From contig NC_068984.1 of the NCBI RefSeq assembly GCF_001194135.2, positions 120,239,077-120,303,076 on the forward strand: a stretch of DNA of 64,000 nucleotides, written 5' to 3'. Positions 51,671-63,345 of the stretch are shown one piece after another (positions within the stretch are counted from its first letter, which is position 1; each line of letters begins with the position of its first letter). The notes beneath the pieces were generated by a model. It saw only the letters and a list, made by a program, of their open reading frames with translations, did no database searches and was not told the DNA's origin. The position numbers were made by a program, and so were the translations under genes. The DNA comes from Octopus bimaculoides. Taxonomy: Eukaryota.

Positions 51671-54386
51671 CACACACACACCGAGGCAAATCAAAGATAA
51701 AAAGCAGGAATGAACAAAAGTCAATTAGATATGCACAGCGAATATATTATATTGACATCCAGTGGAAGTTTTAAATGAAAAAATAGGAGTGGAAATGATG
51801 TTTCAAAGATGGCTCTTCATCAGAAAGAGGAAAAAGTTTTGGGAGGAGGAAAAGGAGGAAGGAGCAGATAGTTCAGAGAGAAGCATATGTGATGTTACAT
51901 GTCCCAAAAATAACTGGGTTAAAATAATTACTTGGGACTCAGCTTGCATTGATTGCTTTGTAGCCAGTATATTCATTGTATAATGAATTAGATTACATTG
52001 ACACTTCCAGGATTAAATAAATAAAATATTTTCATTATGTCTGAGACACTTTTTGAAATGAAGCATGTTATTTTCTTTTCTGTAAGAGAAAATGTAATTA
52101 GACGTTATTAGGATATTATTGACTGATAAGAATTAGTTCTGATTCTTTTTCTTTTTAAGCAACTTTTTTTTTGCTTGCTTTAACACTTTGCAGACAAATT
52201 CTTCATAAACCAGGAATAATTCTTCATAGGTATCTTTTAAGATATTTAAGTTATATAGTTTCAGCATTTAAAAAAAAATTTATCATTACAATACAAACCA
52301 AAATGCATTAATTTGTTTTCCTTGATTAATTTAATAAGGATTATTATTTGTTTAGTCATTGTTGTTGTTATTGTTGCTGTTGTTGTTGCAAAATCAGAAA
52401 CAAACATTTAAGAATCAGAAAAAATTATTATTGTAATTGGATTGAAAGAACTGTGAGATCTTCAGAAAATTTGCAGTATTTCTTCTGGCTCTTTACATTC
52501 TGAGTTTGATACTGTCATTGTTAATTTTGCCTTTCATCCTTTTAAGGGGTTGGTAAAATAAAATGCTAGTCAAGTACTAGGGGTGATGATATTGACTAAT
52601 CCCTTGTTACGCTAGCTACTTTTTATCCTCTAAAGAAAGTGAAGCAGTTGTTCCTCCTCTCCTTATAATCTCAAGTGGATATAAGTGGAGTATCTAATAT
52701 TAATTGAAAGATCTCTTCACAAATCAGAACCAGCAAAAGGCACCAGGTGATTTTCCCAACCCATCATTATATATCTTTCCAAAACATTTTATGGTTCATT
52801 CTGGGAATTTTTCTAGAAATCAAGCATCATTTTGGTTTCTTATTGACTGCAGCAATAGTAGCATTTAAAACTGGATGACTGAATAATTGTTACCTAGGAT
52901 ATGAAGTAAGGGATTATCTACTCAGAAGGCCTCAAGAAGTAAGGGATTATCTACTCAGTGGTCTCAGGTCACTTAATTTAGATGTGGTAGCCATCAGTGA
53001 GACTTGGGTTTTCAACATTCAGCCATTCGCACTTCTGGACAAATACAAATGCATGCCTTTTTTGGTCCACTTGGGTCATGTTAGACAGCAGTAATGTTTA
53101 GAAAACATTACTGCTTTAGAAAAGACCTAACTTCTAATGACCTTAAGGACCTAGATGGCTGATTAAGAGTAAAAGTGAAGATGCTATGCTTTAGTCAAGT
53201 GGACCCCTATGCAGCAACAAAGGAAGGTTGACCAAATTTCACCAGGCATCTGAAGACCTTCTTGGGTACATCTCACTTACTGGGATTATAGGATGATTAG
53301 AATGGCATCTGAAATGTGTACTGAGATCAGATGAGATTATCATTATGGGAAGAGGGATGCAAAAGCTTTATAATCTTGTTCAAACATTTCCAGTTGCCTG
53401 ACAAATTCTGACTGGATTACCTAGATGGATCAGTGTAGAAATGGGCAAATTGCTGAGGGTACTTAAATAGGGTATTTGCCAGGACATTCAACAGATGTAG
53501 CATAAATTGTCATCATACACAGACCATAATTTTCTGATCTGAATGATCAATCTAAATTGGACATTGTGGAAATGTCCTGATTACAGTAAGCTGAAACCAT
53601 CATTTACAAAGAGGGATGTCTGTAAGAACTGGTTTAGTAAACTAGTTTAAGCTGAACTTGAGGGGTTAGTTATTAAAGAACTGTGCAGGACAGATTTGGA
53701 ATGAAAAATTAAAGTGGACAAATTAGGGCAGTAGAAAGATTTAGACAAAAGATGGAATTAATAATCAATTTAGAAGAGTTTGTTATAAATGACATTGCAT
53801 CTGAAGTGGTAGTGTTGAGAATAGCACTTGACCAAATTTCCAAAGTGAAACATGAAATTTTTATTGTTGAAACTAAGTTGCTTGTGCTAGAAAGCATGAG
53901 AGTAGTAAAGCTTTTTCACAGATCCAGACAGCAGAAGTTCATCATGACAATCAAGACATGATATAGTCATGGTTATCAATGAGCTGTAGAAGGTAGGTGA
54001 TACCTAATTCCAAGTGAATGTGTATGGCTTGTCAACAGCTCTCTCATGAAACATTCTCGGGGAGTAAAGGACTAGACATGGTGTCTTTTGATACCTAATC
54101 TTGATGCTTTGCAACAAATCATTACAGAAGAGTGGGAGGGCAGATAAAATCTGATTTCAGCTTCTGAAACAGGAAATGTTATATCTGACTGTGAATGAGA
54201 TAAGACTCCAGGACTGAATATTATTATAATATGATTGTAGTATGCCATACTTATTCGCTCCTCTCTTGACAGGGAGTTAATGGAACTGACAGCAGACTGA
54301 GCCAAACACTAGTGGTGCTGTTGATGAATAATGCAGTTATGCAAACAAAGGGTGAGAGGACACAATGAACAACTCCAAGCCCATAA

Positions 54387-54665
54387 TACAGTTCTATATT
54401 TAACACAGTTCTATATTTAGTGGTTAAGAGCACGGGCTACTAACCCCAAGATTCCGAGTTCGATTCCAGGCAGTGACCTGAATAATAATAATAATAATAA
54501 TAATGATAATAATAACACCGAAAAATACCTTAGGAATGAGAGCCCAGGTTCGAAATTTCCCCAAGACACCTGATGAAGGCTGGAGGGTATATCAGCCAAA
54601 ACGTTGTGTTAACAACAAGCAAGATGAGGACAAATATCTGTCAAATGTAAATAATGTAAATAATG
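54387..54665 (+). mobile_element. 279-bp non-autonomous retroelement: tRNA-like head + (AAT)n + hammerhead + (TGTAAATAA)2 tail
   Basis: Perfect 13-bp TSD TCCAAGCCCATAA at 54374-54386 and 54666-54678; A-box remnant AGTGGTTAAG and B-box GAGTTCGATTCC at 54457-54468; interrupts the Tx1 'KPITL' RT motif. Confidence 0.8.
54565..54610 (+). ncRNA. Minimal type I hammerhead ribozyme motif with a G12-to-A core substitution
   Basis: GACAC - CTGATGA - A - GGCTG/gagggtatat/CAGCC - AAAA (GAAA expected) - palindromic ACGT stem III - GTT triplet - GTGTT (pairs with GACAC). Confidence 0.7.
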
Positions 54666-54893
54666 TCCAAGCCCATAACTCTACCAAATATCAAGTTAAA
54701 GATGTTGGACAAGGTGTTCACAAAGAGTTTAGTACTTGTGGCTAATAGCACCATTTGGCCCACACAAACCTGTGAAGTCCTGGACAGCTCTATATCGGAC
54801 AAATTCCACTTCATTGTAACAAAGGGTTGGAATCAGGACCTTGCATTGTTGGGGATGTTGATCAATTTAATTTTTCTCTTATTCTTTCCAAAT

Positions 54894-54933
<40 letters not shown>

Positions 54934-55181
54934 ACTACTACTACCCCTTCCCCTGCTTCTGCCACTGCTGCTAATGCTGCTGTATGCACATGAATGTTCA
55001 TAAAACATGCTCATGTACTTACCCAAGCACTTAGAAGTCCTCTATAATTAAAGCCATGCTGATACTTCTTTGAAGATGTATACATACTTATATACACCCA
55101 CAGACACATGTATGCACTCATGCACATGCACACTCATTTACTATATATATGTATGAATGTATACATATATGTGTGAGTGTG

Positions 55182-55219
<38 letters not shown>

Positions 55220-55824
55220 CTTTACAGATATATATTCATTTATACAGTAATAAATGCCTACTTACATTTATGTGTGAATATCTATTATCACTTTGAAGTA
55301 CTCTTTAACATCTGTAAATTCTGAAGAAGAAACTCTTAATTCCAATAGCCCAACCACCACTACCACCACCACTAGCTTTACTTAATACATTTAATATCAA
55401 CCCATCTGTTTCTTTAATACAAAACCTTCCATTTTGAAAGTGTTTATATTTAAATTAAAACCATCCACATTCATCATAATTTTATTTAAGAAATTTTTTT
55501 GTCATTTTCTTTTTTTCAAACATCAACATAAAAATGAAAACTTTATTTTGATAAATCATTCTAAACAATAAGGGTGGATATATAATAAAAAGTTTGTTTC
55601 CCATTCACATGGTTCTGGGATAAGTCCCACTGTCGCACAGCACGGCACCATGGGCATGAATCTTATACTATAACCTTGGGCCAATCAAAGCCTTGTGAAT
55701 GGATTTGGTAGATGGAAACTGAAAGAAACCTGTTGTATGTGTATGTGTGTTTGTGTCTGCCTGTGTATGTATGTGTATGTTTGAATCTTCATGTCAGTGT
55801 TTGTCCTCCACTGCCACCACCTCC

Positions 55825-56055
55825 TTCGTGTATCACCTGGTTAACAATATGGGTGACTAAGCTATAGCCGACACTGCCAGATATTTTGAGCATCTCTGCA
55901 GTGATTCCTGATGGACTGGGGGCTTTCCCTGTCTTCATACTCTTAAGTGATTTATCTACCATGGTACTGTCAGCTCGGATAGCTGGTCCCTCTGTTGGGT
56001 TAACATTCAGCAGACTCTCTTTCTCCCATTCATTCTCTTTATTGAACAACCTTAA
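55825..56055 (-). mobile_element. RTE LINE ORF2 fragment just upstream of the RT domain
   Basis: VDKSLKSMKTGKAPSPSGITAEMLKISG matches the MK.GKAPGPSGI.AEMLK motif. Confidence 0.8.
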
Positions 56056-56095
56056 AATAAAACTGAATAATCCCTCCCTCCCTCTCTTTCTCCTT

Positions 56096-56141
<46 letters not shown>

Positions 56142-56323
56142 GCAGATGTCATTCACCTTCCATCTACTACACAGATTTACAAAGCTTTGGTTGACCTCAA
56201 GCTATAGTAGTACTGAACTCAAGATCACATGGTTGGGAAGCAAGCTTCCTAACCACACGGCCATGCCTTTGTTATTGTTAATTGAATTGATCTTGGAGAA
56301 TTGCTGGTATTAGGTTTAGTTAC

Positions 56324-56494
56324 CACAGAGATAATACAAAGTAATCATTAAACTCTGAACGTGGAGGGAGGTGAGACAAAACTAAATGCTGTGAGTCATT
56401 TATCCCAATACTGACTCTCGCTTTCTCAATACACCCACTGCATTTCTTCAATTGATGTTTATATTGACCAAAATTTTGTATACTGTTGGATAGT
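56324..56494 (-). CDS. Putative exon 2 (LSNSIQNFGQYKHQLKKCSGCIEKARVSIGINDSQHLVLSHLPPRSEFNDYFVLSL), phase 2-2
   Basis: Acceptor TCCAG| and donor TG|GTAACT; 171 nt open in non-repetitive sequence (part of ORF 56320-56502); a stop follows immediately if unspliced. Confidence 0.7.
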
Positions 56495-57080
56495 CTGGAC
56501 ATGCATGTATTAATAATTTATAAAGATATACAATCAATAAACAAACTCATTTGCCAGATATTTATGGAGTGAGGGAAAATAATAACTACAATAGATCAAA
56601 TTATATTAAATATCCAGTCTCTTTCAACACAAGATTATGAACTCGGTACATATGACTCATCAAAGAAAGCTTTCTATGCCAGAAATCATTATTGATATAT
56701 GTATATGAATGGATGGCAAAGTCAATAAGGTACCAAACAATTGGCTGAAAAGACAGTAGTTCATATCCTGCTAGTTGCCTTGTAAGAGTAGTTAAGACAC
56801 ATAGCTCTCAAAAACCAAGATCCTTGTAGTTCCAGAAATAGGTATCACAGGGTGGTGGAGTTAACGTTTATAAATTACAAATGGTTGGCTGAGCCAGTGA
56901 GGGAACCTTTACATGGTTAATTGATATGCTAGAAATAGTAGTAAAATCTCTGTAGAATATAGGTCCACCATCATTGGGTAACCCTATCCTGTACAAATCA
57001 ATTCTCTTCAATGAAAACGATTACGCTGAATATATTGAATAACAGCATAACAAATATTTATTACGAGTAGTTCAGCTTAC

Positions 57081-57157
57081 ATCTCAGGTAACAGAATTGC
57101 CAGGTCGCCCTTTATGGTTGGTGTGAAGACAGTGTCGATGCTGGTTGATTTAGTCAT
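57081..57157 (-). CDS. Putative coding exon 1 of an unidentified multi-exon gene (MTKSTSIDTVFTPTIKGDLAILLPE, phase 2 exit)
   Basis: ATG at 57157 with an in-frame upstream TGA; donor AT|GTAAGC at 57080; lies directly downstream of the CpG-rich promoter; its 77 nt join exon 2 in frame. Confidence 0.65.
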
Positions 57158-57189
57158 TCTTCAGCCTCCAAAGAAGTTTGCATTGACTT

Positions 57190-57400
57190 AAAGGTAGAGT
57201 TACGGAGCGGCTTTTAGTGGTCCGGTGTCTTTGACGGTCCAGCGCTAAGAGGTCCAGAAAAGGCGGGAACGCTTTGATATAGGATGATCATGCATGTGCA
57301 TGAGGGACTTCCTGCATGCCTTCCGGAAGACATGTCTCTGCGCATGGGTGGACGAACTTCCCAAAATGGCGACTGGTATTAGGCGTCACTACATGTCCTT
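57190..57400. promoter_or_regulatory. CpG-rich housekeeping-type promoter, probably bidirectional
   Basis: Strong local CpG enrichment in a CpG-poor window, with ETS-like TTCCGGAA (57321-57328), NRF1-like TGCGCATG (57339-57346), YY1-like CAAAATGGCGAC (57362-57373) and ZNF143-like ACTACATGTCC (57388-57398). Confidence 0.7.
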
Positions 57401-59644
57401 CAGCTTTCACTCCACTGTCATAAAAAATATATGAAAGACTGGATAATGTAGTCTTAATGACATCATATCTGAAAAACTAATAGTATTTCCTATGGATGAA
57501 ATGTCTCAGACCATAGGCCTATTTGATGAGGGATGATCAAGGACTAAACAACTTGGTGTATGGTTAGTACTCACTCAAGAGCAAACTTCACTTGATACAC
57601 AGCTTTCATATTAGTAAATCTCATTTATGCAGTTGAACTTATAAAACCTAAACGGTTTATTTAGCTTTAATAACATCTTTATTAAACTAACCTAACTTAA
57701 TGAGCTAGGCTAGCACCATGTAAAAAGCACCTATGTTGGTACTATTGAAAAAAGCACCCAATACACACTGTAAAGTGTTTGGCATTAGGAAGGGGATCCA
57801 CCTGTGGAAACCATACCAAAACAGACAGCTGGAATATGGTACATCCCTCTGGCTTGCCAGCTCCTGTCAAACCATCCAACCCATGCCAGCATGGAAAGCA
57901 GACATTAAATGATGATGATGATGATGATGATGAGACTTTATTTGTGTTACTTGTAATCTTTTCTTATTTTTCTTATACAAAAGCAGTGTTAATAAGAGGT
58001 GCACTATGCAGCTGTAATAGTGTACATTCGGTGGTCGTTCCCACATTGCCATATTAAGAATATGACTTGCTTAAAAATAAAAATAAAATTTTGAGGCCCA
58101 GATTTCCATTTATTCAACTTTGAGCTAGGTCTGTTTTCAAAAGCATCCTGATATATAATTGTCATCATCGTCGTCATCGTCGTCATCGTCATCATCATCA
58201 TCATCATTATCATTGTTTAAACATCTTTTTTTCCATGCTGACATGTATAATACAGTTTGACAGGAACCGATGCAACTGAAAACTGCATAAAATTTCAGTG
58301 TTTACTTTGGCATGGTCTATACAGCTTGATGCATTTCCTAATGCCAACCATTTTACAGAGTGGACTGAGTGCTTTTTTTTTTTTGTGGTACCTGTTCTAG
58401 TGAGATCGCCAATTTCTCACAAGACGAGATTCCCCCAATTGCTTAGTGTATTGTTGAAATATAACCAATTTATGTCTCATAAATTTTAACAGCAAGATCT
58501 TATATGAGTTCCCAAGGACCATATGGATCCTAGTTGAGAACCACTCATACTATATTGTATAACATTGGTCTAGATTTTATATTGAAGACTTCAGTGTTGA
58601 CTTTTAGAAGAAGCTAAGATCAACAAGCTGAAACAACCACTCAAAAATTCAGTCCCCAGAAGTGTTAAGTAGCAAATGAATAGCCAATAAATTGTCTGTG
58701 CCATCTGATGCCTTACCTTTATTATTATCATATTGCTACTCCTATGATTGTTATGGTAATAGATGTAAATGAGTACAATGATGATGATAATGATGATGAA
58801 GATGACAGCAACGACAATGACAAAAAAACAACAATGACAAAAACAACAACAACAACAGTAACAGCACTAGAAGCAACTGCTGCCAAATTATGAATAATCA
58901 CATTTTAATAATGATTTCTTACTTTGTAGAACAAGAAATAAGCACTCAGGAAGCTAATTCAACGAGCTGATTTTTGAATCATAGACTGTTAAAGCTAATT
59001 TGCTTCATTTGTGACACTTTTCTTTCTGCATTTTGCATTTCTCTGATGCCAGTTAAATTTTGGATGTGTGACTTTATAATGAATCAGTTGATGCTTCTGA
59101 TTTAAGCATAAGGCTAACAATTTTTAGGGAGGGAATTTGTCAATACCATCAACCCTCAGTAATTAACTGGTACTTTACTTAATTGATCCTAAAATGAAAA
59201 GTAAAGTTGACCTTGGTAGGATGTGACCTCAGAACATATAGAATTGTAGTAAATATATGGAATTTTTTTTCCAATACTCTAATGATTCTGCCAAAGAACT
59301 GCCCATTTATTGTGAATTGTATCTTGTTTTGTCATGATGGCTTTGTGGTTAAAAACGCTTGCTTTTGCAACAACTTGGTTTCAGATTTGATCTGACTGTG
59401 TAGCACCAAGGTCAAGCATATTCTATCCATAGTTGACCAATCCCTTGTGAGCAGGATTTGGTAGGCAGGATGTGTGTGAAGTCCATTGTATATACATACA
59501 TACATGTATATATGTTTGTGTGTTGTGTATGTATGTATATATGTATATACAGATCATAAGAGGTATTTACAGATGTTTGGTAATTTAAGAAGCCAAATCT
59601 AATCTAGCAAAAACTAAATATATTTTAATGAAAAATTTGTACAG

Positions 59645-60050
59645 TGTGTCTGTATGGTTAGAAGCTTGCTTCTCAACCACATGGTTCCAGGTTCAGTCCC
59701 ACTGTGTGGTGTCTTAGGCAAATGTATTCTACTATAGTCTCAGGCCGACCAAAGCTTTGTGAGTGGATTTGGCAGATGGAAACTGAAAGAAGCCCATCAT
59801 ATATATATATGTATATATTTATGTGTGTGTGTTTTTGTGTCTGTGTTTGTACCCCCACCATCCAATACTGGTGTGTTTGCATCCCTGTAACTTAGCAGTT
59901 CAGCAAAAGAGTCTGGTAAAATAAGTACTAGGCTTACAAAGAATAAGTCCTGGGGTTGATTTCTTCGACTAAAAAATCCTTTAAGGTGGTGCTCCTGCAT
60001 GGCCATAGTCAAATGACTGAAACAAGTAAAAAGAATAAAAGAATAAAAGA
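59645..60050 (+). mobile_element. SINE family A full-length copy
   Basis: Same head, microsatellite and tail as the other family A copies. Confidence 0.85.
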
Positions 60051-60069
60051 ATATGTTTATGATAAGCTT

Positions 60070-60910
60070 TCTTATAGAATTATTTTGTAGAAAGTCATAG
60101 GATTTTATTCTGTTGAGTTTGAAGGCCAGAAGTTTGGTGTTATATGATTATAAAGATTGTCTGACATCCGTTCTTGCATTAAATGGACTTTGTGAGAAAA
60201 TGCTGAGCATTGTTGAAACACATCTGGCCTTCCACTATGTATTTCATTCATCCAAGGTTTAGCAACTGTCTTCATCACCTCAACTTATCCAGCAACATTA
60301 GTTCTAGCCCTGTGGAAAGGTGTGAGGTGGCATGACAAGACCTTCATTACTCACTACGTCCGAAAACATCACAACTGCTGGAAACTTAGTGAGTATCATT
60401 CTGGGCCATCAGAAGGATCTGCACATAACCACTTGGCATGGATCAAACAGTCTGCCTGTATTTTTGCAGACATGAATTGGCTTCCCCTCAGTACATACAA
60501 TTTGTATGAAATGGTGTCATGCACCACAGTTCTCATAGTCCACTTTTGCACCTAAAGTTCTTTGGTGATAGCCCTCTTTGATTTTCTGGAATCGTTCTTG
60601 AGTTTTGAATCTGGTGGATAAATTGCAGTGTCCTCTTAGTGTCCAAATTTTTAGAATGTTTCTTTCTTTTTTAGATAGAATGGCTTTCAATTCCATACGA
60701 ACTTTGTAATTAACAGATTTTGCCACATTTAGAAAGTTGGTAATTTGTAAATCACTGAGTTTTGCATGTATGACAACAATGACTGCATATCTTTTCATTT
60801 CTTCTGTTGGCATCTTATCTGCTGTGAAGGATCTGAAAGAAATAATAATGTTTTAATCGGTTTGAAGAGAGTAATATACTGATAATTAAGTGACCTCAAA
60901 TACTCCTTGC
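60070..60910 (-). mobile_element. Decayed Tc1/mariner transposon, maT/DD37D-like
   Basis: N-terminal MKRYAVIVVIHAKLSDLQITNFLNVAKS (ORF 60517-60813), then TKFPAVVM..VVSNEGLVMPPHTFPQG, KPW..GRPDVFQQ and NFWPSNS. Confidence 0.8.
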
Positions 60911-61684
60911 ATAGGTACATATGTATCTATATATATATGAATGTATGTGTGTGTATATGTATATATACATATATAAATATGTATGTGCATGTATATGCAT
61001 ATGTATGTGTGTATGTATTCATGTCTCTTTGTCTTGACACTGATTGCTAATTGTAAGCAAACATCACTGTCACTGTCATACAAGCAGCATCATTTGTTTG
61101 CAGTTTTCCATGAAAACATGTCTGGTCATTGAACTATTCATATTTGAAGGAACAGGGGAAATATTACATTACTTGGAAGCAAGCTATAAGAAATAAGCCT
61201 CAAAAATTTCTAGTGATACATAATGAACATTAAAAGAGAACATTAAAATGATGATGATGATGATGACGACAACGATGATATTAAAGATGATGAAAAGTCT
61301 CAGATTTATGTTGATTGAAAATAGGAACAGAAAGCTAATATAATGTTCAGATTTTTACAAGTGTATTTGTAGTATTTGAGATGTCAATGAAGTGTTTCTG
61401 ATTGTGGATTGAAACTGAGTGGCAAAGTTGCAGATTTGTTTTGTTAAGAAATGACTTTTGCATCTCAACACTGTGCAACAATGGAAATAATAAGGAAAGT
61501 CTGAAAGTAGTTTGACTTTGATTTCCGATACGATTTCTAAATCTGTCCTGAATCAGACTCATTGAATTCTAGACCCTTTCTATTGTGTGTCTGTACATGA
61601 ATGCACGTCTGTATGTAAATATCATGTATATATGTGTGTTATGCAATTGCATATTCATATGTAACTATATATGTGTGCATGTAC

Positions 61685-61764
<80 letters not shown>

Positions 61765-62377
61765 TTATATACATGTATATATATTTGTGTGCATATGTAT
61801 GTGTGTGTATATGCATGTTCCTGTGTATATGTGCATATGTGTGTGTGCATGTGCGTGTGTGTCTGTGTGTGTGTGTGTCCGTGCGTGTGTGTGTGTGTAA
61901 TGCAAATTGACAAGTAAATAATTATTTCTGTACTGACTTTAATTGGTGAAACATTTTAGAATGAATTGCTTTTTGATAAAAGGAAAAATCAATTTTCGAC
62001 TAATTACAGTGTCTGATTATCTAATTTTAGGAGTTTTTAGTCTTTCTTCTCTTTCTCCCTCTCTCTCAGTCTCTGTCTTTCGTTCTCCCTTCCCTCATCA
62101 TCTCTTTCTCTTTCTTGTTTTCTCTCCTTAATGAGATAAAAACTATGGAACTCACAACGTAACAGCTATTTAACTGGGAAAAAAATTGCAAAGTGAGAAA
62201 CTTATTTTAAGGTGAAGAAAAATGAGAGAGTGAGTGAGTGATAGAAAGGGGAAAGGGTGAGAGAAAGAGAGAATGAGGGAGAGAGAGAGGGAGAAAGATG
62301 GAGAAAGCGAGACAGACAGGCAGGCATAACAGAATGTGAGATGGGGTAAAAAGTATATGTACCTGTGTATGTGTGTG

Positions 62378-62421
<44 letters not shown>

Positions 62422-63049
62422 CATTATTTGTTAGTATTTATTTTATTATAACTGATTTTTTTGCCTAACAGACAGCTTTTACTTTAATGAGCCAGTAAGG
62501 GAAACTGTACCTGATCATTCATCTGCTTGAAATCATAGCCAAAACTCGCTCAAATCACATCCTGCCTTCTAAACAATAAGTTGTACATTGGATAATGTAG
62601 TCTTAGTTGTACTATGTTTAATCATGGCCATCTTAGGGACAACTAATAATGATGATGGAATCTCATCAGTTTTGATAACGAGGAATCATTTGGTCAATGA
62701 ACTGAGCTCTTTACGTGCAAGTGGCTGAATATTCCACTGTCACATGTACACGTAGTGTAATTTTCAAGCTGAATCAGTGTGTGACAAAACCAGATCTGTG
62801 AATTATAAATTCATCTGACAGGTTTCCTCACAGTTTCCATTTACCCAATTACACTCACAAGGCTTCCGTCAGCCTGGGGCTATTGGAAAAAGCACTTGTC
62901 CAAGTTTCCATACTGTAGAGATAGAATCTGAAGAAGGATACTTTCTTCCCCAAGTTCCACAGAAATAGTTGAACCTGATTTGAAAAGCAAATGAATCTTT
63001 TGACAATTTTACAGAGCATTCTTAGTTGTTTTTTTATTTTTATTTTGAA

Positions 63050-63345
63050 GGTGTGAGTGCCATTTAAAAAGCATCTGCATCTGTGCCACATAAAAAGCAC
63101 TCCTGCTGCTTCCACATACAATGTACTCATGTTGGTGCCATGTAAAAAGTACCCATGCCAGTGTCATGTAAAAGGCACCCATACTGGTGCCACATAAAAA
63201 GCACCTGTGGCAGTGTTACATAAAGGGCACCCATGTTGATACCATGTAGAAACACTTGTGCTGGTGTCACGTATAAAGCACCCATGCTGGTGCTATCTTA
63301 TAGCACTATAAAGTGGTTGGTGTTAGGAAGGGTGTCCAGCTATTG
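63050..63345 (+). repeat. Family B variant with about ten ~25-bp units
   Basis: Tandem GGTGCCAC.TAAAAAGCACCCATGCT-like units end in the family B core GTGGTTGGTGTTAGGAAGGG. Confidence 0.75.

Larger units (their letters stand above)
52850..54880 (+). mobile_element. Decayed L1/Tx1-clade LINE ORF2 (AP endonuclease through start of RT), interrupted at 54387-54665
   Basis: Motifs in order: LDVVAISETW (52978-53007), FLGTS..DD*NGI (GDWN-like), YLNRVF, YTDH (53516-53527), DKTPGL (KTPGL 54202-54216), PITLPNIKLKMLDKVFTK..QTC..SISD (ORF 54663-54974); many stops and frameshifts. Confidence 0.8.

Noticed and set aside
52903-52958. 23-bp tandem duplication GAAGTAAGGGATTATCTACTCAG
   Set aside because: It is a local slippage duplication inside the dead Tx1 copy, with no sign of function.
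54415-54480. Functional tRNA gene
   Set aside because: The 5' acceptor stem is missing; it is the head of a TSD-bounded retroelement.
55023-55310. Perfect minus-strand GTAAGT donors at ~55022 and ~55266
   Set aside because: Candidate exons contain stops or the wrong phase relative to exon 2, and such hexamers are expected by chance.
63050-63310. CRISPR-like appearance of short repeats with variable intervals (also 51180-51500)
   Set aside because: The units are degenerate and contiguous with no unique spacers, they sit inside a SINE, there are no cas genes, and the genome is eukaryotic.
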